From: an archaeon
GTDB taxonomy: Archaea; Iainarchaeota; Iainarchaeia; Iainarchaeales; CSSED10-239
Assembly: GCA_041677685.1 (NCBI GenBank)
Contig: JBAYPN010000002.1
Location: 18,563-50,562 of the forward strand
DNA: 32,000 bases
Direction: 5' to 3'
The translations under genes were made by a program, and so were the position numbers. The notes under the pieces were generated by a model that searched no databases, was not told the origin of the DNA, and saw only the letters and a list, made by a program, of their open reading frames with translations. Positions 25,694 to 32,000 of the stretch are shown here, piece by piece; the stretch's first letter is position 1, and every line of letters starts with the position of its first letter.

Positions 25694-25954
25694 ATGATAC
25701 AATATTGGGCTTTAATTGGGTTAAGTGTAGTTTCAATTGCATGGATCATACAGTTAATCTCAACATGGAATGGAGAAAGAGAAATTAAAAAATGGTTTGT
25801 TTTCTTATATATGATTGGAGTTGTTTCTTTAATTATTGATGGAATATTAGCTGGTCTAAATAATATTGCATTTTTAAATATTATAACTTTGTTGCTTTCA
25901 ATTGCAGTTTTTATAAGATTAATTAAACCAGTACAACCTAAAAAGAAGAAATAA
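25694..25954 (+). CDS. Small membrane protein (86 aa, 3 TM, C-terminal KKKK)
   Basis: GGGAG SD at 25680-25684. Three hydrophobic helices separated by WNGEREIKKW and a short loop. Preferred over the overlapping minus-strand ORF 25687-25995, which starts at GTG and has shadow-like composition. Confidence 0.55.
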   Translation: MIQYWALIGLSVVSIAWIIQLISTWNGEREIKKWFVFLYMIGVVSLIIDGILAGLNNIAFLNIITLLLSIAVFIRLIKPVQPKKKK

Positions 25955-26037
25955 TTTTTTTCTTTTTTATTTCTAAAACACATGAAATACAACACACATA
26001 TAAATTGTTTGTAACTTAAATATTATTGTGATTAGAT

Positions 26038-26607
26038 ATGACTGATTTTAGAAATTCAAAATATAAGGTAAATCCTTTAATATTAAATAGACATTCTCCA
26101 AGGGCAATGAATGGAGAAGATATAACTAAAGAACAATTAATGACTATATTTGAGGCTGGAAGGTTTGCTCCATCTGCATATAATGGTCAACCATGGAAAT
26201 TTTTATTTTCTTTTAAAAAAGGTAAAGATTGGGATTTATTCTTTGAACCATTAATTGATTTTAATAAATCTTGGGTAATAAATGGTTCTGTGTTAGTTGT
26301 AATTACTTCTGACCAATTCTTATTTGATAGAAAATCAGAAACAAACCAATTTGATGCAGGTGCTTCTTGGCAAAATATGGCACTACAAGCATATGATATG
26401 GGCTTAGTTATTCATGGCATGTCTGGTTTTGATTATAATAAGATTAGAAGTAATTTAGATATTCCAGAAAGCTATGATGTATTAGCTATGTTTGTTGTAG
26501 GTAAACCAGCATCAAAAGATGTACTTCCAAAAGATTTACAAGAAAAGGAAGTAATCTCAGATAGAAAAGATCTTTTAGAAATATTTATTGAAGGTAAATT
26601 TAAGTAA
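26038..26607 (+). CDS. Nitroreductase-family flavoprotein
   Basis: LNRHSPRAM...IFEAGRFAPSAYNGQPWKF...GASWQNMALQAYDMGLVIHGMSGFD is the typical NfsA/NfnB-fold signature. Confidence 0.85.
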   Translation: MTDFRNSKYKVNPLILNRHSPRAMNGEDITKEQLMTIFEAGRFAPSAYNGQPWKFLFSFKKGKDWDLFFEPLIDFNKSWVINGSVLVVITSDQFLFDRKSETNQFDAGASWQNMALQAYDMGLVIHGMSGFDYNKIRSNLDIPESYDVLAMFVVGKPASKDVLPKDLQEKEVISDRKDLLEIFIEGKFK

Positions 26608-26620
26608 AATTATTTTTTGT

Positions 26621-26643
26621 TGTCCAACAAATAATGTAAATTT
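26621..26643 (-). repeat. Copy 4 (inverted) of the dispersed motif ATTTACATTATTTGTTGGACA
   Basis: The reverse complement of 26621-26641 equals the 21-mer exactly. It sits between the convergent nitroreductase and GNAT genes, 14 nt after the nitroreductase stop. Confidence 0.9.
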
Positions 26644-26686
26644 GCCCACTTTTTAAAAATAGATATTTTCTAAATTAAAATTTAAT

Positions 26687-27130
26687 TTAAATCTTTTTTT
26701 CATATACAGTATAAACTGGCCTGAAATTATTTAATTTATGAAAGGTTATTGCATCTTTATTAACAGCATAAGCATCACAGTAAATATTTTTATACCCTTT
26801 TTCTTTTGCAATTTTATAAACATGTTTATATAATAATTTTGTATATCCTTTTTGTCTTTCTGTTTTTGTTATGTATATTTCTAAAATCCAAAACGCAGGT
26901 TTACTATAAAACATTAATTTATGATTAAGATCATATGCAATAAAACCAACAATCTTGTTATTTTTTTCTAATATTTTTATATTTTTCTTTTTTAATGCTT
27001 TAAATAACCTAATTAAATCATCATTATCACTTTTAGACTGTTTTTCAACTCTTTTAATTTCATCATTTCCTTTTACAAGAAAATCTTTGTCTGCGTTTTT
27101 AACAGCTCTTATTACTAGTCTATCTTTCAT
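26687..27130 (-). CDS. GNAT-family N-acetyltransferase (147 aa)
   Basis: IVGFIAY...WILEIYITKTERQKGYTKLLYKHVYKIAKEKGYKNIY contains the acetyl-CoA motif A (Q/RxxGxG/A-like QKGYTK). Confidence 0.8.
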   Translation of the reverse strand: MKDRLVIRAVKNADKDFLVKGNDEIKRVEKQSKSDNDDLIRLFKALKKKNIKILEKNNKIVGFIAYDLNHKLMFYSKPAFWILEIYITKTERQKGYTKLLYKHVYKIAKEKGYKNIYCDAYAVNKDAITFHKLNNFRPVYTVYEKKI

Positions 27131-27158
27131 ATTTATCTGTCTATTATTCTTCTAAAGT

Positions 27159-27443
27159 TTAAAAAACTAATTTAAAAAAATCAATAATTGTCGGTAAAAT
27201 TAATAAGAACAATATTAAGAATATTATTCCTGTAAATATTATTAACCATAAATTTTCTTTTGATTTGTTTTTTATATAGTTAATTATTGCAAAAATTGGG
27301 TTAATAGCACACACTAATAGATTTATATGTGTAGTAATATCAATAACTATATTAATATTTAAAAAATTATATAATAAAACTGATACAATAAATAATAAAA
27401 CTCCAACACCATATAATCAAAATATTAATTTTCTATAATTCAT
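27159..27443 (-). pseudogene. Small membrane protein paralog B, interrupted by an in-frame TGA at codon 9
   Basis: Hand translation: MNYRKLIF*LYGVGVLLFIVSVLLYNFLNINIVIDITTHINLLVCAINPIFAIINYIKNKSKENLWLIIFTGIIFLILFLLILPTIIDFFKLVF*. The TGA at 27419-27417 aligns with TGG (Trp) in paralog A. Confidence 0.45.
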
Positions 27444-27460
27444 AATTATTTTCTTTCCAT

Positions 27461-27757
27461 TTAAATTCTAAACCCCATAACTTTTAAAAATATAAAAATT
27501 ACTAAAGTTAATATTAAAATAATTGTTGTTAACATAATTAACCAAAAGTTAGCTCTATTTTTTTCTTGTTTGTAATTTTTAAAACTTAAGAAGGGTGTAA
27601 TTAAACAAGTTAATATAAATTAATAAAAGGGTAATAAAATAATAAAGTTTGGACATTTTGAAAAACTATTCCAAAAATATATAGATAAAATTAACTCTAT
27701 TGTAAATAAAATAAAGTTACCCCCATACAACCAAACCATTAATTTTCTATAGTTCAT
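27461..27757 (-). pseudogene. Small membrane protein paralog A, interrupted by an in-frame TAA at codon 46
   Basis: Hand translation: MNYRKLMVWLYGGNFILFTIELILSIYFWNSFSKCPNFIILLPFY*FILTCLITPFLSFKNYKQEKNRANFWLIMLTTIILILTLVIFIFLKVMGFRI*. The ATG at 27757 lies 2 nt after the stop of the upstream GNAT gene. The TAA lies at 27622-27620. Confidence 0.45.
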
Positions 27758-27759
27758 AA

Positions 27760-28371
27760 TCATCTTCTTTTTAATTTTATTTTCTTCTTTTCTTTTTTAA
27801 CAATTGCTTTTTCTGTATCATTTTTTTTAATTTTAATTATTTCTATATTAGGTATTGTTTGGTGCTTCTCTAAAGAATATTTAAAATTACTATTAAATTT
27901 TCTAATTATTTTTTTAATTTCCCCATCTATATTTATTTTTATAGGTTTAAGTCCAGTTATTCTTCTGTTTATAGATTTGGTTCTTGGTTTTGGCATCATC
28001 ATTATACTTTCAATCTTATGATTAACTCTCAAATCACTAACCACTCTTAATAAAAGTTTAGTTCCAAAACCTTTATCTTCATAATTTGGATTTACAAAAA
28101 GTTTATCTAAAAAAAAAGTATTTCTCTCTCGTAATTCACCAAATGCCCCTCCAATTAAATCCTTGTTCTTTTTATTAATTACAAAATAAAAATTATATTT
28201 TTTAGATTTAAGATAATCTTTTAATATCTCTATATAACTTTTTTTAGGGAAAACAAATATTTTATCTATCTCATGCATTTGACTTAATAATTCTAAATTA
28301 AGTTCTTTTCTGTTTTCAAAATTTATCTTTTTATAATAAATATCAATTTTTTCTTCCATTCTACAAATCAA
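27760..28371 (-). CDS. GNAT-family acetyltransferase with a basic C-terminal extension (203 aa)
   Basis: LIGGAFGELRERNTFFLDKLFVNPNYEDKGFGTKLLLRVV contains motif A. The C-terminal roughly 70 aa are Lys/Ile-rich. The probable start is ATG 28359 (MEEKID). Confidence 0.6.
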   Translation of the reverse strand: MICRMEEKIDIYYKKINFENRKELNLELLSQMHEIDKIFVFPKKSYIEILKDYLKSKKYNFYFVINKKNKDLIGGAFGELRERNTFFLDKLFVNPNYEDKGFGTKLLLRVVSDLRVNHKIESIMMMPKPRTKSINRRITGLKPIKINIDGEIKKIIRKFNSNFKYSLEKHQTIPNIEIIKIKKNDTEKAIVKKEKKKIKLKRR

Positions 28372-28382
28372 TTTTAAATTGT

Positions 28383-28709
28383 TTATTTTAATTTTACAGC
28401 AGTCCCATATGCAAGCATTTCAGAAGCTCCCTGCATAACCATAGAGGTACTAAACTTAACCCCAATTATTGCATCTGCGTTAAGTTCAATTGCTCTGTTT
28501 ACCATTCTATTATATGCTTCATCTCTTGATTGCTTTGTCATCTCTGTGTAGGTCTTTACCTCTCCACCAACTAAGTTTCTAAGACCAGCACCAATGTCTC
28601 GTCCAATATTTCGTGTCCTAACTGTGCTTCCTCTAACAACTTCTAAAATCTTTACAATCTTCTTGCCTGGAATTTCATTTCCAGTAGTAACAATAATTTC
28701 TTTTCTCAT
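28383..28709 (-). CDS. ybjQ: YbjQ/UPF0145-family protein
   Basis: IVTTGNEIPGKKIVKILEVVRGSTVRTRNIGRDIGAGLRNLVGGEVKTYTEM...AIELNADAIIGVKFSTSMV...EMLAYGTAVKL is the UPF0145 signature. The ORF track start is 28745. I prefer ATG 28709, preceded by AAGGTGA. Confidence 0.85.
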   Translation of the reverse strand: MRKEIIVTTGNEIPGKKIVKILEVVRGSTVRTRNIGRDIGAGLRNLVGGEVKTYTEMTKQSRDEAYNRMVNRAIELNADAIIGVKFSTSMVMQGASEMLAYGTAVKLK

Positions 28710-28716
28710 AATCTCT

Positions 28717-28896
28717 TCACCTTTTTTTAATTTCTTCAATTTCATCTTCTTTTTTGTTAAATAAGATAATAATACTAATAATTAATATAGGTATTGCATA
28801 GATTAAAAAAACATAATAATAAATTCCAAATATTAATAATACAAATCCAACAACACTTCCAATAAACCCAGTTATTTGTCTATTCTTTAACACCAT
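28717..28896 (-). CDS. Unannotated 59-aa two-TM protein at the head of the YbjQ operon
   Basis: Hand translation: MVLKNRQITGFIGSVVGFVLLIFGIYYYVFLIYAIPILIISIIILFNKKEDEIEEIKKR*. Its TGA (28719-28717) lies inside the SD of ybjQ. No clear SD of its own. Confidence 0.35.
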   Translation of the reverse strand: MVLKNRQITGFIGSVVGFVLLIFGIYYYVFLIYAIPILIISIIILFNKKEDEIEEIKKR

Positions 28897-29095
28897 ATCT
28901 AATCATTTTCAATATATTCTACATACCATATATTTATAAATTAATTCTTTATAATAATAAATAAATATTTATGTGTATTTAACTTTTAATAAAATATTTA
29001 AGTAGTAAATAAACAAATTTATATTTGTTTTTATATAAAAATAAATTAATAAAAAATAAGACTATTTAAGAGTTTTAAAAAAGGAGTTTATAAAG

Positions 29096-31750
29096 ATGAA
29101 TAAAAAAATTTTCCAATTTCCAATTTTATTTTTTTCAATAATTTTAATACTAGGAAGTGCTTATGCTTTCAACCCCACCTTCTATGTTGGAGATGGAGTC
29201 AGTGGTGTTTCTACACAATGTCAAAATCCAAATTTTAATTCAATTAGTTCTGCTTTAGAAAATATATCTCAAAATAATTTAAGTAATGCCATAGTTATTC
29301 TCTGCCAGGGTACTTATAATGAAGACTTAATGTTAGTTAGTGAACTAGGTATTTCAATTATTGGTGAAAACAATGATGTTACAATTAAAGGTGTTGATCC
29401 TAATAGTTCTGTAATAAACATAATGTATGCAAAGGATATTTTTTTAAAGAATTTAAAATTACAAACTTCTAATCTTATAGGACTTTCAAGCATTCAATCA
29501 GAGAATATTACTTTTGAAAACATAAGTGTATTAAATGTACATGGAAATGTTGTTGATGATGATAGTTCTTATGGTATGTTATTAGCTTATACAAATAATA
29601 TTACCTTTAAAGGAACCATACTTGTAAAAAATGTAGTTACAAATAAAAAAGAAGTTGCAGGTATATCTCTAAACAATTGTGATGATGTAACATTTGATAC
29701 TTCTTCTTTTACAATTAAAGATATAGAATCTACAAGTAATGACTCAGATGTAATTGTTACAGGTTTAAATATTATTGATTCTAATGTAGATTTTAAATCA
29801 AATATGGTTGTTGAGAATATAGAGGGTCTAGAGGTAAATGGAATTACTCTTAATAATTCTAAATTTTATAATAATAATAAAATCACAATTTCAATTAGAA
29901 ACATAGACTCAATGTCAACAGTTAAGGGCTTTCAAATAATTAACAACTCAAAAATTGAAATGTTTCCAACTAGTGTTATTTATCTTACAGACATAAGTAA
30001 AGGTAATGCTCAAAGTTTTGCTCTATACCTAGATAACCTTAAATACATAATGTTAGGTAATCTAAACATTTCAGGAGTTGCAGGAGACTATTATACCTAT
30101 GGGATATATATAAATAACACACTTGGTTTTTTAATAAATGATGTTCTTTTTAGTGAAAACAAAACAACTGACAAATCAACATTAGTTACAATTATTAACT
30201 CTAAAGGTAGCTTTAGTAGCATAAAAGATAGTGAAGAGGTAATCACACAAAACAGTTCTGATTTTAAATTTATAAACATTTTAGATAATTCTGATGTGTC
30301 TATTAATTCTATGGATGTTTACTCAGGTGTTTATTTCCCAGAATGTATAAACATTGAAAACAATTCAATTCTAGAATTAAAGAATGCTAATTTTAAAGAA
30401 TGTGAAAATATTAATATCATGAATAAAGATTCTCAGGTTCTTGTTAAAAATTCAGAAAATATAGATTTTGAGAAATTATTTTTACCAAAAAGTCAAAATT
30501 CAAAAATTGAAATCTACAAACCTGCAAAATTAAATTTTAAAAAGGATGGTTCTCCTCTAAACATAAATAATCTTTTAATTTACAATAATAATGGTTACTT
30601 TAATGTTTATTTTTTAACAAATAAAGATAATCTAGAACTAGATTTACTATATTTTACAAAAGTATCTATGGATAATGTTATAAAAGAACATATTCTTGAT
30701 GATTATATGTTTAAAATAGTTGAAGATGGAATTAATGAAGTTCCTACTCATGCAACATTAGAAAACTATTTCTATAAAGAGTATGATTTAGATTATCAAG
30801 ATATGCCTGAAGAGTTTATAGAGATGACTTGTGATGATGAGGGTATAATAAAAGTTTCTAATCACTTTTATGTTGATGAAAAAACCTGTGATAATCATTT
30901 AGAAAATAGCTATGGTTGTTACAATATTGAAAAGTCAGTTTCTTTAAATGGAAATGATTATAAAATAAAATTCCAAATTCCAAACATGTGGATAAATATA
31001 AATAATGTTGATCCTAAAAAGATAAGTTTATACCATCTAGAAAATGGAGAGTATGTAAAATTAACAACAACTCATGAAGGATCACTAAACAATTACCAAT
31101 CATATGTTTCTAAAGTCCCTTCTTTTTCATCATTCCAAATTGCTGCTGTGACTATAGACAATACTAATAATAGTGGTAACACAACTACTACAGGGAATGA
31201 AACATCTTCACCTACATCACTTATTGTAGATGAAAATACAGATACAAACATAACCACTAATAATAACAATAACACAGATGATTGTGATTTAGTATGCTTA
31301 GAAAATCAAACTTTAGATCAATTAAATTGTATTTGTGTAAATAATAGTCCTGAATGTAATATATCTTGTGATCCAGATACAGAAATTTTAGATGAAATAA
31401 ATTGTGTGTGTAACTTAATTGAAAACACAGAAATTGCACAAAGATGTAATAAGGTTTGTGATGTAGGATACACTTTAGATAAAGAAAATTGTAGATGCTT
31501 AGAATATAAGTTAGATGAATATAATAATAATTTATTTTCTAAAAATAAACTAATGCTTTTTGGTTATATAATAGTAATAGTTTTTTTAACACAAATATTA
31601 TTATTTAAATTTAGAAAGAAAAAATCAACAACCAAGAAAGGTAAAGAAGATAAATCAACTAAAAAAGATAACCTGAAAAAATCAATACCTAAAAAGATCA
31701 AGATGAAAAAAACTCCAAAAAAAGTTAAAAAGGAAACAAAAAAAGCATAA
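29096..31750 (+). CDS. Secreted, C-terminally anchored right-handed beta-helix (NosD/pectin-lyase-fold-like) surface protein (884 aa)
   Basis: AGGAG SD. Signal peptide FPILFFSIILILGSAYA. N-terminal pattern FYVGDG...FNSISSALENI...IVILCQGTYNEDLMLV...ISIIGEN, followed by many NI/NN-rich about 22-aa beta-helix-like turns. Then a T/N-rich linker, three 4-Cys repeats, a TM (LMLFGYIIVIVFLTQILLF) and a Lys-rich tail. Confidence 0.75.
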   Translation: MNKKIFQFPILFFSIILILGSAYAFNPTFYVGDGVSGVSTQCQNPNFNSISSALENISQNNLSNAIVILCQGTYNEDLMLVSELGISIIGENNDVTIKGVDPNSSVINIMYAKDIFLKNLKLQTSNLIGLSSIQSENITFENISVLNVHGNVVDDDSSYGMLLAYTNNITFKGTILVKNVVTNKKEVAGISLNNCDDVTFDTSSFTIKDIESTSNDSDVIVTGLNIIDSNVDFKSNMVVENIEGLEVNGITLNNSKFYNNNKITISIRNIDSMSTVKGFQIINNSKIEMFPTSVIYLTDISKGNAQSFALYLDNLKYIMLGNLNISGVAGDYYTYGIYINNTLGFLINDVLFSENKTTDKSTLVTIINSKGSFSSIKDSEEVITQNSSDFKFINILDNSDVSINSMDVYSGVYFPECINIENNSILELKNANFKECENINIMNKDSQVLVKNSENIDFEKLFLPKSQNSKIEIYKPAKLNFKKDGSPLNINNLLIYNNNGYFNVYFLTNKDNLELDLLYFTKVSMDNVIKEHILDDYMFKIVEDGINEVPTHATLENYFYKEYDLDYQDMPEEFIEMTCDDEGIIKVSNHFYVDEKTCDNHLENSYGCYNIEKSVSLNGNDYKIKFQIPNMWININNVDPKKISLYHLENGEYVKLTTTHEGSLNNYQSYVSKVPSFSSFQIAAVTIDNTNNSGNTTTTGNETSSPTSLIVDENTDTNITTNNNNNTDDCDLVCLENQTLDQLNCICVNNSPECNISCDPDTEILDEINCVCNLIENTEIAQRCNKVCDVGYTLDKENCRCLEYKLDEYNNNLFSKNKLMLFGYIIVIVFLTQILLFKFRKKKSTTKKGKEDKSTKKDNLKKSIPKKIKMKKTPKKVKKETKKA

Positions 31751-31769
31751 TTAAAAAAACAATTGATAT

Positions 31770-32000
31770 TTATTTAATATACAAGTTAAATAAATATTCT
31801 ACTTGTTTCCAATTTACAACATTCCAAAAATTATCAACATAATCTGCTCTCTTATTTTGGTAATTTAGATAATATGCATGCTCCCAAAGATCAATTGTAA
31901 GCAATGGTTTTAAACCAATTGAGAGTGGTGAATCTTGATTCTTAGTTTGAATTATTTTCAATTTTTTGTCTTTATCTAACACTAACCATACCCACCCAGA
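31770..32000 (-). CDS. sod: Fe/Mn superoxide dismutase, C-terminal part; 5' end lies right of the window
   Basis: ...[42 protein letters not shown] is the Fe/Mn-SOD C-terminal signature (D-x-WEHAYY). The frame stays open to the window edge (SGWVWLV) if the ORF-track register is used. Confidence 0.9.
   Translation of the reverse strand, partial: SGWVWLVLDKDKKLKIIQTKNQDSPLSIGLKPLLTIDLWEHAYYLNYQNKRADYVDNFWNVVNWKQVEYLFNLYIK

Noticed and set aside
25687-25995. 102-aa minus-strand ORF covering the same DNA as the 86-aa 3-TM gene.
   Set aside because: It has a GTG start, no SD and no coherent hydrophobic or amphipathic pattern. The plus-strand ORF has a GGGAG SD and a clean three-helix topology. 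An A-rich tract at 25651-25680 could serve as a minus-strand T-tract, so this rejection is not absolute.
27417-27419. TGA aligned with a Trp codon in the paralog, which might suggest TGA=Trp recoding (code 4-like).
   Set aside because: TGA clearly terminates well-supported genes in this window. Examples are 3176-3178, 11178-11180, 15777-15779 with its ATGA overlap, and 17027-17029. A TGG-to-TGA point mutation is the simpler explanation.
31977-32000. Apparent frameshift or TAG stop in the SOD gene at the window edge. The printed sequence has 21 characters on the last line, 32001 in total.
   Set aside because: Read literally, the text gives ...TGG TTA GTG G TTA GAT..., with one extra base. The supplied ORF track (start 31982, GTG) and the expected SOD sequence [11 protein letters not shown] fit a 32000-nt sequence without that base. 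I treat it as a formatting artefact and not as biology.
1-32000. Search by eye for tRNA, rRNA, SRP or RNase P RNA genes, transposases, integrases and cas genes.
   Set aside because: No GC-rich cloverleaf-like segment, no GTTCRAATC-type T-loop and no long structured GC-rich block was seen. No ORF shows DDE, tyrosine or serine recombinase motifs or Cas motifs. Covariance-model scans (tRNAscan-SE, Infernal) would be needed to exclude atypical or split tRNAs.

Overview
AT-rich window (about 25-30% GC by eye, not computed). All calls come from reading the supplied translations and the DNA by eye; no alignment, HMM or RNA-folding search was run. It looks like a small-genome archaeon, most plausibly DPANN-like. 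Support: the archaeal core operon rpoA2-rpl30e-rps12-rps7, GGTG/GGAG Shine-Dalgarno motifs, TTTATAAAT-type TATA boxes and oligo-T terminators. TAA, TAG and TGA all act as stops, so the code is standard.

Layout:
(1) 1-2483: conserved transcription/translation operon. NusA is missing from its usual slot and L30e carries a K/E-rich tail.
(2) 2.7-4.9 kb: Lys-rich hypotheticals, a SAM methyltransferase and a small CARDB-like protein.
(3) 5.2-18.5 kb: a same-strand cell-surface locus. It holds a 1186-aa protein with an internal TM hairpin and a C-terminal papain-fold (NlpC/P60 or CHAP-like) Cys/His signature. It also holds a 767-aa type II surface protein, a 992-aa protein with about 87 Cys, an RND/MMPL exporter split into two coupled half-genes, and a CARDB-repeat envelope protein preceded by a 38-bp tandem repeat array.
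(4) 18.6-22 kb: membrane proteins, an unannotated 46-aa basic ORF, a nucleotidyltransferase and a membrane-anchored DsbA-like oxidoreductase.
(5) 22.3-26.6 kb: an accessory island marked by four copies (three +, one -) of a 21-nt motif. It contains a membrane protein, a 1-kb ORF-free stretch, a stand-alone class III nucleotidyl cyclase, an 86-aa 3-TM protein and a nitroreductase.
(6) 26.7-28.9 kb: a minus-strand operon of small TM protein, YbjQ, GNAT, two paralogous small TM genes each with one in-frame stop, and GNAT.
(7) A beta-helix surface protein and a partial Fe/Mn superoxide dismutase.

No rRNA, tRNA, CRISPR array, transposase or integrase was recognised.
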